DNA of 64,000 bases from the NCBI GenBank assembly GCA_951406725.2, contig OX597822.1, positions 51,274,001-51,338,000 on the forward strand, given 5' to 3'. The position numbers and the translations under genes were made by a program. Each line of letters begins with the position of its first letter. The stretch's first letter is position 1. The notes beneath the pieces are model-generated. The model made no database searches. It was not told where the DNA came from and was given only the letters and a program-made list of their open reading frames with translations. The stretch comes from Octopus vulgaris. Its lineage: Eukaryota. This document shows, piece by piece, positions 27,289-41,154 of the stretch.

Positions 27289-27880
27289 CACAATTATTAA
27301 ATAAACAACTCGAAGCCTTCTCCGCTTGTGTTCATAGAGTTTTCAAAACTTTTAGATTTCATCACAAATCTAAATGCATTAAGACTACTATCCTTCTATT
27401 GCTATCTGACACTTTACTTTCGCTATGTAGTTCAGATATGGCATAAGATCACTTAATTAAATTAGTATATTTACCTTATTATCATGTTCTTCTATTTTAT
27501 TCTACTCCATTGATCCTCACTTTATCATTCTCCCTTAATTCATATTTCTATATCTCACCTACCTCTTAATTTATGAAATACCTATTCAGTGCAGCACAAT
27601 TATTAAATAAGCTACATAAACAGTTCTCTGATTGGGTTCATAAATTCACCAAGGCTTTTAGATTTCACCACATATCCAAATGCAGTAAGACGACTACCTC
27701 TGTATGGATATCGAACATTTTATTTCCACAAATATATAGATCATAAATGATATAAACTCAAATATAAATAGTGTGTTTACCTTATTATCAATTTTTTTCT
27801 TGACTGGCTTTTATGCTCTTTCCTTAATTCCTATTTCTACACCTCACCTAGCTTATAATTTATATACTACCTATTTAAAG
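27289..27880. repeat. Diverged direct tandem duplication with a unit of about 306 bp
   Basis: CACAATTATTAAATAA...TTTTAGATTTCA...AAATGCAKTAAGAC...TTTACCTTATTATCA...CTCACCTA occurs at about 27289 and 27595. Confidence 0.75.
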
Positions 27881-27989
27881 TAAACAGCAGTTAAACTAAA
27901 TTCCGACGCTTAACTCACCTCATTCCATTCTTTATTCAACCGGTTTAATTACTTTATACCATCAATCATTATAATTTTTATCTATTTCA

Positions 27990-29000
27990 CGTTTGTAGTG
28001 GTGGCTGCAATAAATTACAGCAAATTGCTCCTGAATGGAATAAAGTCTCGCGTTAAACCGCTTCTGGGCAAACAAAAAAATGAATATGTTCTCAACTATC
28101 GAAGTGCTCTGCAATTACACCTCTGCGACAGTACTGTCTCACGACAGCTACATTTGATCTTTTCAAATCCAAGCAAGATTTATTCAAGCTGACGTGCTTG
28201 TCCCGTAATACTACTGGAATATACAATGAGAGAGGCAACATAAGTTACTGAATCTATCGGTTTTAAACTTTAAGAAGCTTGCAGCATGAGACCTCATTCA
28301 GTACTTCACATACATGCAAATTATACTGAAGACTTAACGTCAACATGCGAACCAATAGCACTTGTACAACTGCTTTCATTTCGACAGGACATCTGTGCTT
28401 TACACAGTGAATTACATACCAACGAAGACAAAACTAAGTCCATGTCTTATAACTAAAAAGATAGCTACCTATTAACTGTGAATGTATACGAATTAGAAAA
28501 AACTAGGTAGTTTCCTATATTTCAAACTATTAAGGAAAACGTTCGAACTTGCATGGACAACATTTGGAAATTAAATCTGAACAGAGAACTTATAACTAGC
28601 TTCTTTCGAGCAGCAACAGAAACCGTACCTTATACAACTGCACTACATGGACTTTACCTAAGACACTGGGGAGAAATCTTGATGAAACATGCAAAGGCTA
28701 TCTAGGAACAGCACATTGCATGACATGGCTTTCCTATATTAGAAACCAGGTTTTTTATGATAATCTTCAAAGAGTTATCTCTACCATAAATGAAAAAGAG
28801 ATTCCGTAGACAGTGACTTCATAGAACAGTTCAAAATGTTTCTCAAAAGCTGATGTGGGAACCAACTCACGGAAAGCGTTCCTGGGTTGTCCTACAAAGA
28901 CATATATTGACTAAGTGCTTGAAGACCCTAGTCTAATAAAGAGTAACCTACCAAGTGCAATGCAGGAGAGGGAATTATGGACGCAAGTGGATGATTGTTC
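27990..29000 (+). mobile_element. Decayed RTE-like LINE 3' region
   Basis: Remnants such as FFRAATET, TTWTLPKTLGRNLD, LMWEPTHGKRS and KTYID. Confidence 0.65.
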
Positions 29001-30307
29001 TCGTCTATTTTCTGTGTGATTTGTTGGAGATATTAAAATATTTCCGATGGGCCACAACATTTCTGGGGAGATCTGTATCTACGGTTAATGTATTTTCTAA
29101 AAATGTCCGTCCTGTAATCATTTTATCTTTTATAGATGCAGAGAACCTGATGTCTAGAAAACTATACATGAATCAACCGTTTATCTTAAATTCATTAACA
29201 ATTTGTATTGAATGCTTTTCATCATTTAAGAAATATTTCATGCAAGACGAAGCCAGGTAATAATACATTAATCTAGTTAGTATTTAACAGGCTTTCAGCT
29301 TTCGTAATAGTCCAGTGTCCGGCGAAGCATTTATTATATTTTGTCTGTCTGCTTAGAACTTATTTATGAGAAGAGCTACCTAAGCTGTCATTTAATTTCT
29401 GGAAAGAGCATAGGTTATCTCAATGGGTCTCAATGGTTTTGATTGCGATGCGCTAAAGATCACAAAACAAATTAATGGTACACATCGCATAGGAGGTTTA
29501 AGATAAATTGTTTTTTATGTTAAATATTTATAAAAGAAAATATGCAAGAAAGATCTGTAGCATATTTTAATTAATTACACTTGTTTCCAATAAAACTACG
29601 ATTAACGATTTTTTCAAGACATTCATGTTTCAAAATGAATTTTCTAAAGCTTTGAATATTAGCTTTCAAAAAGTTTGCTGTTGAGTCCTCCTCAGATGTT
29701 TCGTTTTCGTCTTTTGCGACTCCGTTTGCTAACTATTGGCGTTTAATTTTATTAAATCTAAGAATCTAGGAATAAAAATTTACTTGAACTGAGAATGATT
29801 TCAGCAATATCATATTTTTGATAACTTAATATGTTTTAGAAAACCACATTGAATTTTTTGGGCGACATTCAGTTATTTTAGATATTTATGCTCAATATAT
29901 ATATATATATACAACATTAAATTAATAGATTACAGTGAGAGCAAATTAGTGCATAATTTCGTTAATACATGTAAAGCATTTTCTTAAACATGCATTTAAT
30001 CGTACTTTTAAATAGCACTGATGGTTGTTAAAGCACAGATGTATCTCTACCTTTCTCTCATTATTCCAAACTGAATCAAGATACAACGACTAATTTCCCA
30101 ACTCATTACCAGTTCAACAATGATAGTAAACACATTCTATTTTCAGTTTAAAGTTGCTTGAAACAAACGCCAGGGAAACTCATATATTCATTTTCATGTC
30201 TAAATATTATTACAATATTTGGCACTAATTTGCACTAATTCATCTTCCGAAATATGACGTATTTCCTCGTCTGCGTGACTGGCCCGAACTGCGTACCTCA
30301 CTGACTA

Positions 30308-30905
30308 TGTTTCTTATTGCCTATATAGGCATACATAAGGGGGACAAACAAGGACAACCATAACAAAGGGGAAGAGTTACAAACATGATACAAAAGGATT
30401 AATACGGTTCAATGAAATCGAGTGGGTGAAATCGAATGAAGTTTTAAAATTGGATGATTTTAATAAAAATATAAAGCTTGGAGTACTTATTTAACCCGCC
30501 GGTTTTCTCTTGTTTTCCCTCTAAATTCCTTTTTTGTTTCTTTCTTCCGTATTTTCCTCACCTTCTCCTTCTTTTCACCTTGACCGGCTATACTAGCACG
30601 GTTCCATTTACTCTCAGCTTCCTTACAACAGTCATCCATCTTTTCATGAACATTCCGTGGGAGAGGCACTTTTTCTCCCGGCGGATCTTACAAGGAAGGT
30701 GGTAGTTAAAATAACTCACCAACCCGCGTCCAGAGATAAAGTTGGCTGTCTCAATTACCCTTGCATGAATCATCCATAGTGTGTTTCAGTATGGCTACTG
30801 CACAGAAAAAGGACGCCTTCCTTTCTTTGTTAAGGGAGGAAGGCGGTACAATACAAAACACAATTTCCAGAACTAGATACAGAACGCTCAACCGAAATCC
30901 AGCAT
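30308..30905 (-). mobile_element. 5'-truncated Tx1/L1-like LINE 3' end
   Basis: IVPPSSLNKE...FISGRGLVSYFNYHLPCKIRREK...KRW is homologous to the ORF2 C-terminus at 52200-52490. The tail reads TTTGTCCCCCTTATG...AATAAGAAACATA. Confidence 0.75.
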
Positions 30906-31189
30906 GTATGAAATTCTACAAATTATATTTAGGTGTATCTTTCAAATGCATTCACTTTGAGATTTGCGTGTCCATATACGTAAATATTAACAAGTGAAAC
31001 CAATGGTACATAGTTAATGTTTTTTTTGTTTCGTATATTTTCATTTGTCTTCATTATTTTTACATTTTGCTTTTTTTGCTGAGATTTTTCTTGAGAACAC
31101 ATTCTTCGTGGTAATGGCGATTTGACGTCTATGTTTAGCATATAGGCTGTCGACTTTTAGTGGTCAGTCCCCTAAATTGTGTATATACA

Positions 31190-31247
<58 letters not shown>

Positions 31248-31489
31248 GTGTGTGTGTGTGTGTGTATGTATATATACATATTCAAACATACATATGTGCA
31301 GATATATACATGAACACACATATATATATATATACAGATATTATATGTAATGTGAAATAATAGTTTCACTATTAATAGTTTCATCATGTATATATTATAT
31401 ACATAGTGAAAGTATTAAAACTGAAGTTATTATCTCACATTACAATAGAGATGTTATTGTTTCACTTTTGACACATAATACAGAAGTAG

Positions 31490-31665
31490 TCAAAGAGACT
31501 GCTCCGGGATCGCTTTAGGCAGGAAGGTGAAAGGTTTTTGGCCTATGACGCTCCAGAGACTCTTAATAGTGGATGTGTAAAATATGAATGAAATCGGTTG
31601 GGTAGTTCTCGAGTTACAGAGATGCACACATAGACACACATTCTCAGATTTATATATATATAGAT
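31490..31665 (-). mobile_element. Non-autonomous Helitron/Helentron-like (DINE/HINE-type) fragment
   Basis: TCTATATATATATAAA...GTGTGTCT...AACTACCCAACCGATTTCATTCATATTTTACAC resembles typical 5' blocks of such elements. Confidence 0.5.
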
Positions 31666-32407
31666 ATAATCCAATTGACAAAATATTAAGCACATATTGC
31701 CTAATGTAATTCAGTTTAATCCATTAAATTCACTTCAACTCATGTTATTTTAATGTATATATTGAAAAGTTACATACACCCCAGAGGTCTGATATAATCT
31801 AAATTAATATATATAAAAGTGCGTGAGTGCATTGGAGTGGATTTGTGCATGTGTGTGCTGTGAGTTGTCTGTGTGTATGATTACGTACATTAAAAGTTAT
31901 TCATCTATATCTTATATATCATCCTAATACAATCAAGCAATTACTTATACTATCTTGCTTTTTGCCAACGGTTGAAAACATGCCTGGTCTCTTAGTACAC
32001 TTAATTGAGCACCAATATACACATATACACGCGTCTGGTGAGTTGGCCAAATTGTTAACTCTAATCACCTAATAATAAGGATGGGACTGTCAAACAAGAA
32101 ATTTCATAACCAACTGGATGTCAGTACGTCATCCATGTGTTCTTCTGAAGATGAAACACTTTCATTTTATCGTTCGTACTAAGAGCTGGTCCCCAAGGTC
32201 TCTTTTGCTGTTAAAATTATTATACAAAGAGTAAAGTTAGAGTTGGCACGAATTGCTGGCTGGAAATGTGTCAGGAACAGTATTTATACAGAATGAAGAT
32301 CACATCCCAGTAGAAAGATAAATACAAAATAACCTGTGTGCAGTCAACAAATTGAAACACGTAAATGACGAAAAATATGTATATGTACGTATAGATGTAA
32401 ACAGAGA

Positions 32408-32452
<45 letters not shown>

Positions 32453-32481
32453 CATACACATACACGTACATACATTGACAT

Positions 32482-32541
<60 letters not shown>

Positions 32542-33382
32542 CACACAAACGTATAGGTAAATATACATATGACATTGAGTACAGATATCAATATGTACCT
32601 TGATTTTGTGCCCATGTGCCGTCTTTTAGCTTTGATTTCTATGATTACATCATTGTTCTAAGCTTTTGAAATATGATACACGTCATTGTATTATTGTTCT
32701 ATGCCCAAATTCGATCACGGTTTATTAGGTTCAATGCTAATTGCACAAAATTTATTGTTTCTGTAATTTGAGCGATTTATTCGTATCACTCCACTCCAAT
32801 CATATTCATATGAGTAAATTCTCAGTGCAATTTTCTGATTTTACAAAACAGATTCAGTCTACTTAACGTAATGGCTTTTTTGTTTGTACGAGCTTTCATT
32901 ATACCATGATGTATATACACAGTTTTATATAAAAGGCCTACCTCTTCTCTTTCGTTGATTATATCGCCATAGATTTTTCCACTACGAACATCTGTCTCTT
33001 AATACCAAGATAATATCCACCAGTATTTACAACACAATATGTGCTTATTTCATTTTATCACAAAATTTTATGTTCAACAAATTTATTTTTCTCGTCAATT
33101 ATATTCACGATCGCAGACACATATACTTACACTTGCACAGAAACACACATTATGTATACATGCACACCCACGCCAACAAACACACACTCACACACACACA
33201 AATACTCATACACACACACACATATATATATCACACTATACCTCTACCATTTTTGTGATATATGTGCAAGCCTCAATGAACTCAAGCTGCAGTCACACTA
33301 TTATGATGACTACCGTTAATAAATACATTTCCAGCTGCGTTCATGTTTCCAAAATACATAGACAATAATTCCATTAGTATTG

Positions 33383-33660
33383 CTAGCAGAAAGACCGCCC
33401 TCCGAGCGGTTTTCTGCGAGCCTTCTGATAATATTTACACATTTCATTCTCATTTCTAATAATTTTTATATTTTACGTCTAATTATTTCCTTGTATAATA
33501 GTTCTCACTTGCTTAGTAAAATTTGCTTTCATTATTTCATCACAGTCATAATCTCTCTTTTTTAAACAAACAACACGGTAGTCCAACAATAGATGGCGAA
33601 GTGGTTTGTCAAGTTTTACCTTCCGCTCAAAGCAATATAGAGATTTCAATTCAGCAACCA
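33383..33660 (-). mobile_element. Helitron 3' terminus (same family as 14703-14730)
   Basis: Minus strand reads AAACCGCTCGGAGGGCGGTCTTTCTGCTAG. Confidence 0.75.
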
Positions 33661-33672
33661 ATCTGTAAGTTT

Positions 33673-33731
<59 letters not shown>

Positions 33732-34541
33732 TGGCTTCAGAGTATATAGAAATTTATGGGAATGGATTTTTGCAAGAGGTGGAGGGAGGAGTTTCAGAAA
33801 AGTCATACGATCTGACTTTTTCCCTCATAAATTTCAGGAAGATGGGTATCTTTTAACGAAATTTTATACAAATCCCTTTCAAACAGCATAGATTACGATT
33901 AGAAAGAAATGTGTGTGGCACATTTTTTCGGGGATTTCCCCATATTTCTTAAACCACAACCTTCGAAATGATGGGGTTGGGTGGGAGTCATCTTTGTATC
34001 AAAAAAAAATTTTAAACTCTTTTTTACACACCCTCCCTCACATTTCGCTCCGGAGCTATTTTGAGCAATTTTGCTAGCACGTCAAAACGATGAGAAGAAC
34101 ATTTTTCGATAATTATCTTGTTAATGTTTGCAGTGGGAAAAGTGATTTAAGGCAGATTTGGCTGTTGTTTCTAGCACATTCAATGACAACCCTTCTCGTT
34201 TCTTTATCACTCTCGCATGTATTGATGTTTTTTCAGTATTTCCCCCATAAATACGTTTATATGCCATAAAAAAGAAAATTTGAGAAATTATGAATTTTTT
34301 GCAACCCCACTCTCTGCCCCCGATTGTTTCTGTTTAGAAATTAGATATTGGAGAGCTTGAGACGGTCATCGCTGGCATTTATCCAAAGTGATTTTAAATG
34401 ATTACGGAGATGTACTTGCATAGCAAGTGACGTGACCTGAGATCAAATGTCGAAACAAACAGAATTGCTGCGTGGAAGATGTTTGTAAATCATTGAAGGA
34501 CACACAAATACCGTTAGTTTCACTTGAACATTAAAACTTAA

Positions 34542-34594
34542 TTTGCATTAAAATACTTTCGTCGCTTTGACACCACTACCTGCTCACTGACAAA
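34542..34594 (-). ncRNA. Second, more decayed G3-C8 hammerhead-like copy
   Basis: TTTGTCA-GTGAGCA-G-GTAGT-GGTGTCAAA-GCGAC-GAAAGTATTTT. Confidence 0.55.
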
Positions 34595-34673
34595 TCTTCA
34601 CAAAAGAGATGCAGTACGAAGTTTTTACAATGAACAGCACACACACACTCGCACACACATTCATTTCCTTTCA

Positions 34674-34728
<55 letters not shown>

Positions 34729-35994
34729 CTATGTAAGCGCGCGAGTGTGTATAGTTGTGTGTGTGTATGTGTGCGTATCACTGTTGAAGTTATGTCTGGA
34801 AAATGTGAATAAGGTGCAAGTTTCGAGTATTTGTCGGTAACGCTTGTTTTTCGCCTCATCTTATAATAGTAATTACCCAGCTTTGAGGGCTCTTCTCACA
34901 GCTATCCCACGTTCAAAAATTATACGTGTAATAAAAAAAAATAATTCAGTAAATAATGTTTTTACATTACCTACACGTTAAGAGCGAATTAAAACTTAAA
35001 AGAGAACCTGAGAGACGTTGCAAATGAAAATGGAATACTCTGCAATGAATGCAATGAATATTTAAATTAGCGATGAATTGGACGCAGTCAATATTTAAAT
35101 TTGCGAGTTCAAAAAGTTCAATAATTTTGAGAAATCGAAATTACTTCAAATTTCTTAGAACATGGATTGATAAAAATATTTTAGACGGTCAACCTTTTAA
35201 TAATTGCTTTCTTTTAGTATATTTAGTAATTGTCACATATCTAATTGATGAGCAATTTTCTCTATTATAATATAGGTATTAATTCCAAATATTTCGTGAT
35301 TATTTGAAATACCCGTTTCCATTGAGAATGAATTGAAACTGCCATAAGTGCTTCATTAATTTTTCGCTCACGTTAAGAATAATATATTTTTGATAAAAAA
35401 TTTCTTATATAGTATTTAGTACATCTTCATCCCTGTTTACTAGAAACTCATATTACTTCGCATAAACCATATACAGATTGTCGACTTACAACCACAATTG
35501 GCTCCGGTTGAGTGGTCGTAATCCTCTTTGGTTGTAAGTCGACCTATAGGCATACGTAGCTTTATTTTATATTTTTACATTCTTAAGGTGCATTCTCCGG
35601 TAGTGACACACAACATTCTGTATTATAATATTATACTGGCGTTAGTCAAAAGTTTGGGGGTCTCAAGCAGTCGTCTTATAAACAATTACGAGACTGATTC
35701 CATGTCTCCGTGACGGTATAATCATCCAACAGTGGCGATCGATTACCTACGGGAAGCGTCTGTTAGCTGACATCATCCGTTGACTGTTTAATTTCCATCC
35801 ATCAGATTTCAATTGGACTATTTATTCAGTTCTATATTTAAGAGATGTGGAATTATGTACATTGTTTTCATTATTTACATTTGACAGATATTTGTCCTCA
35901 TCCTCCAGCCTTCATCAGGTGTCTTGGGGAAGTTTCAAACCTAGGTTCTCATTCCTAAGGTATTTTTCGATGTTGTTATTATTATTATTATTAT

Positions 35995-36074
<80 letters not shown>

Positions 36075-36324
36075 ATATTATTATCATTATTATGTCCGTG
36101 TCATTTCTACTAAATGTCACCACGTGTTCTACGTTCGAAATTATCCCAGTATTCAAAGTTTCAAACTGTTTAGTTTTAAAAAATAATTATAAAATCTGTG
36201 ATTGAGATGGAATAGATTCAGCACAATAAGAATTTTGATGTGAAGAACGAATATATAGTGCGTGAGTTTATCTGGCTAAAAATAGTCACCTTGAAATGTG
36301 TATGTATATATTTATGTATTCCTT

Positions 36325-36607
36325 TCTTCAAAAGAGCCCACACTCTACGAGACATCTTAGTCCACAGTATCTTCCCTAACCCAACCTCCCAACCCGGCTC
36401 GTTCCCTTGCTCCCGCCCATACTGACGCACTTGGCCTTCCTCTCCAACACCACCCTCCTCACCGGCATCCATCAACGACCCTATCATATCACCGACTCCT
36501 TCACCTGCACTTCTACCAATGTCATCTACTGCATTTCCTTCTCTCTCTGGTCTCTCTTCTTTATACATCGGGCAAACGGGACGCCGCTTGGCTGACCGGT
36601 TCGCAGA
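36325..36607 (+). mobile_element. Penelope-like GIY-YIG endonuclease fragment (second family)
   Basis: RAHTLRDILVHS...PGSFPCSRP...DSFTCTSTNVIYCIS...YIGQTGRRLADRFA, truncated by (AT)n. Confidence 0.85.
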
Positions 36608-36612
36608 TATAT

Positions 36613-36681
<69 letters not shown>

Positions 36682-38242
36682 CAACAAACAGTAGTCTGTT
36701 CTCAGTGCTAGTGTAGAGTAGGGTTGTATATTTGAGACAGTACGGTGACCGGTTACTTTAGATTCACTGTATATATGTGTTTCTAGTTTTCTTTCAGAAT
36801 GTTATATTTCCGACAAAAATCACACAGAATATTTGTAGTTCGTTTCTGCCTTACTATCAAGTAAGCTATTATTTAATTATTCATTGGTTTTGAAAAGATT
36901 TCGTCATATGACTGGGGCATTTTGTATGATTTCCCATTTTGCTACTGAAGTTGTTTCCTTGTTATGTTTACTATTTTATCAAGCGTCATTTTTATGCTTT
37001 TAAACCGGATTAGTTCTGTATTGCTGTGTTTTCATTTCATGATGGGTGTTATTACCATTATTTTCTTTATTTATTTCTTCTTGTTTTTACCGGTGTTAAC
37101 TTAATAATGTGTGCGTTTTTCAGTTTGTAGGTTTGTGTATGTAGGCTGTGAAGGATGTGGATGTTTTTATTTTGCAGCCTGGTCGTCGCTATTGTGTGTG
37201 TAGTGCTTGGCTTCTGTTGGTTTGAATCTTGTGCTATTTTTGTTCTTCTGAAGATTACCAGCAGCTACATGTTTCATCTCAATGATTTTACGCCCTCCAG
37301 CTGTGATGTGTCTGCCTGTTTTCGATAGCACTGAGTACTTCCTTCATAGAATCAGTGATTGAAACGACTTGTATATACCTATATAACTAAAAGTTTTCAG
37401 TGCGCCAGCAAAAATCGACAAATTTTGTTTCTTTATTATTTTTGTTGTTTTTGCTGTCTTTATTTTTTAATAAATTTATTGAGAAGATTTGTATGTGTTA
37501 TATAGTATTTGCAATATTGATACAATGAGCTGGAGTGTGTGATGAATTTATGGTTACAAATACTTAAGCTCATATTTTCCAAAAACATTGTGTCGCACGA
37601 GTTCAGAAGGGATTAGAACCGACCACCATTGCTTTACCTTTACGACGAACCTTATTGCCTGCTCGAATAAACAATCATTTGAAATAACCCTGAATGCCAT
37701 GGAGCCACGTGCAAATAACAAACATGTATGTGCATGTTACGGATGCTAAAGTTTGAAACTGTAAAATTCCAAATAGAAGAATCAATAAACGATTTTAAAA
37801 TTTGGATCCATTCAACTTAAGAAATACGTCAGCATATTTTCAGCTTCTGTTAATGAGAAAGGTTGCAGTAGCGGTAAGTAAACGGGAAACAGAATCAGAA
37901 AGACCTACAACAGAAACATTGGGTGAAGTGAAACCAACACAGTGCGTCAAAACTCCAGCCATAAACAGCAAAGTAATACGAGGAACAAAGTACAATATGA
38001 TTAGCGTCAAATCAATTATAACATTCGCGTTCACAGTTTCATACACGCTGAGTTTACAAAAGTAAAGGTATACATTTCTATGGTGCATCTAACTCAACGC
38101 AAGATAACCTCGTTAAATAAGAGAAAAGAATCAGAGTAAAACAAAAAACAATTCATAAATGCTGCTTGATGACATTTAATAACTTAACAAACTCACACTT
38201 TTACACATAAACCGCTTTTACACAGAGGTATATATCCTGTGA

Positions 38243-38470
38243 AAAGTGGTGAGCAGGCAGAAACATTAGCACGCCGGGCGAAATGCGTAGCCGTATTTCG
38301 CCTGCCGCTACGTTCTGAGTTCAAATTCCGACGAGGTCGACTTTGCCTTTCGTCCTTTCGGGGTGGATTAAATAATTACCAGTTAAGCACTGTAATCGAC
38401 TTAATCCGTTTGTCTGTCCTTGTTTGTCCTCTCTGTGCTTAGCCCCTTGTGGGTAGTAAAGAAATAGATA
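38243..38470 (+). mobile_element. tRNA-derived SINE family B, near full length
   Basis: A-box-like GAGCAGGCAGAA, B-box GAGTTCAAATTCC and tail TTTGTCCTCTCTGTGCTTAGCCCCTTGTGGGTAGTAAAGAAATA. A second copy lies at 59510-59712. Confidence 0.8.
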
Positions 38471-39360
38471 TATATCATGTGACATAACACAACATTTACA
38501 GTTGAGTGGGGAACTTGCTTTTAGTAATATTGAATTTATTGAAAATACTGGTTTGAGTTCAGTGTCAAGTTTCGACTCCTACGACTTATTTAACAAAGCC
38601 GTGAGGAGTGGATCTTCAAGCTGCAGTCAATCCAATGTGTGTGTGTGTGTGTGTAGGTGAGGTATTAGTAGCAGGAACCCAACATGGCATGTAAGGCTAT
38701 GCAAGTGCTACGGGGCGGGGGACCGTAGTTAAACTCTCGGTTCGATAATAATAATAGGAGTGAGGGACTAATACTAGTCTTGTATGAGCATGTATATGTT
38801 AAATAAAATGAGAAAATAGAAGCAAGGCTTTGAGGAATTTATAGGACATTTATTAAGAGAAAGCTGTTTCTGGGATATTAGTGATATCCCTTCATAAGAG
38901 ACGATACGAGAGATTTAAATAGAGGGAAATAGAGTTCAATATAAGGAGTTATTTTGGGAAAAGGATGGATATAAAAAGTATAAAGGGTTATAAGGGAATA
39001 AACACAAAATTAAGAATATATATAGCATGTCACAGTTGCAGTTCCATTATCAAAGGAAAGTGTTTTGTAGAATGGTTAGAAATGCTTTTTTGTCCATGGT
39101 ATGTAGATTCCGATAAGAGTTCATGATTTGTTATTACAAGGAGATAGTGTGAAGACATAAATTTCATGTATTGTTCATTCAAATAGGAGGGGGGACATGT
39201 ATGTAAGCGCGTTGGTGTGGCTGTGTATGTTTATTTGGTGGTGCTGCATGTATATGTGTTTACGTATGACTGTGTGTGGGAGCGTGATAAATACATACAT
39301 GCATATATATATATATATATATATATAGATAGATAGATAGATAGATAGATATAGATTTAC

Positions 39361-39409
<49 letters not shown>

Positions 39410-39464
39410 TAGATAGATAGATAGATATACATACATATATATATGTATATAGATAGATAGATAG

Positions 39465-39510
<46 letters not shown>

Positions 39511-39700
39511 GAGTGTATTTTTACCTTGTTAACAATTAACACGGAAAAATAAATAGATAGTTACCAGGGCAGCAAAAATCTCACTAGTAAAGATGTTGTA
39601 ACTCCTTGTTTATAAAGGTAGAAACTTCGTGTTTACGTTGAATATTTTGAATAATATGAATAAAAAAATGGAGTTAACGCAGGTGTAATCAAATATTTTT

Positions 39701-39789
39701 ACTTTCGGCACATGTTTCGAAAATTCTATTCACTGATACTATTCAAAAGAATAAATGGTATAAACAATGCAATCTTCTCCTCAGGAAAG
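39701..39789 (-). ncRNA. Hammerhead copy with a mutated cleavage triplet (GCC)
   Basis: Inverted copy of 40084-40169, reading GAAAC-ATGT-GCC-GAAAGT. Confidence 0.7.
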
Positions 39790-40083
39790 GGAAAAAAACG
39801 AAACTCGTCAATAAGACATTTTAGCAAAAAATGATGGATTTGTATAGCGATAGACAGAACGCTATTAATATTGTTTAAAAAAACCTTATATGATATAACA
39901 TCATAAGTAGCTAACAGAAATAGTAGGGATATTAATAGTGAATGTTAAATATAAAGGAAATTAAAGTTTAAATTATATATAATGATAGAGACTACTTATA
40001 TGCACTAAATAAAAACATACAAATCGCTATACAAATCCATCATTTTTTGCTAAAATGTCTTCTTGACGAGTTTAGTTTTTTCC

Positions 40084-40169
40084 ACTTTCCTGAGGAGAAG
40101 ATTGCATTGTTTATACCATTTATGCTTTTGAATAGTATCAGTGTAATTTTCGAAACATGTGTCGAAAGT
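40084..40169 (+). ncRNA. Intact-looking type I hammerhead ribozyme with extended stem II
   Basis: ACTTTC-CTGAGGA-GAAGATTGCATTG...CAGTGTAATTTTC-GAAAC-ATGT-GTC-GAAAGT: perfect 6-bp stem I, 13-bp stem II including G-U pairs, and a GUC site. Confidence 0.88.
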
Positions 40170-40210
40170 AAAAATATTTGATTACACCTGCGTTAACTCC
40201 ATTTTTTTTA

Positions 40211-40257
<47 letters not shown>

Positions 40258-40685
40258 CACACACACACACTACTACTCAACACACGCTGGCACGCTATAT
40301 ACGCCCCCACCCCTTCCCCTCCCTCCCTTCCTCCTTCCTTCTTTTTCTTACTACTGACTAGTGTCTGCTATGCCTACCACTGTCTCGCCCTACCTCACAC
40401 GCCTAAACACAGACGCACACACTAACACATACATATATTGTTTGTTTTTTTATCTCGCCTCATACACACAGATACACACACGCACACGCACACACTCACA
40501 CATACACACACATCTGTTGCGTTACCAACCTTGTCTCCACTCTTTTGCCTTTAAAAACCTACTTTGCTCTTGTTATCGTAAACTTCCGCCTTTCACCATG
40601 TGTAACTCGTAAACACCAGTCGTTTTTTTTCTCTATCCCTGTTGCCCGCTTTGGGATCTTTCTTTCCTCTCTCTTCCTTCTTTAT

Positions 40686-40720
40686 GTTTCCGACGAAGAG
40701 CTCCGCTCGAAACGTCATAC
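40686..40720 (+). ncRNA. Minimal hammerhead-like motif (CCGACGA core)
   Basis: GTTT-CCGACGA-A-GAGC-TCC-GCTC-GAAAC-GTC-ATAC. Confidence 0.6.
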
Positions 40721-40807
40721 CCTCCTGCTTCCATTTCCTGAGCGCCTATTAATAATAATACTGTAATTGTTCCATTGTTGTTGTTTTTTTGTTTTCCCGT
40801 TTGGATT

Positions 40808-40843
<36 letters not shown>

Positions 40844-40952
40844 CATATATATATATATGTATATATATATATAGATATATATATAGATACATACATATAT
40901 ATATATATAATACATATACATATATACATGCATAAATATGTATGTATATGTA

Positions 40953-40993
<41 letters not shown>

Positions 40994-41154
40994 CAAATAC
41001 TGACAGGACACAGAAAGTGTGTCTATGGCCAGCTGGAGGAGTGTGTCCTCCTGGGGCTAAAAACTACAGTAGCATCCACCCTTAGGGGTTAGCCATATTG
41101 AAATGGCAAAAATATGTCACGATATATATATATATATATATATATATAAATTAG

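Larger units (their letters stand above)
39525..40216. mobile_element. Fold-back HHR element (arms 39655-39851 and 40023-40216) between (AT)n arrays
   Basis: Near-identical inverted arms, each containing a hammerhead motif. Related to 41155-41795. Confidence 0.85.

Noticed and set aside
30255-30320. Possible HDV-like ribozyme
   Set aside because: The nested double pseudoknot could not be assembled by eye.
35900-35925. Minus-strand GACAC-CTGATGA-AGGCTGG half-hammerhead
   Set aside because: No GAAA or stem III half follows. It is probably a deleted pLTR copy and cannot be called a ribozyme.
37802-38088. Overlapping 82-87-aa ORFs in unique sequence as a possible host exon
   Set aside because: No recognisable domain or convincing splice context. 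A host exon cannot be excluded without RNA-seq.
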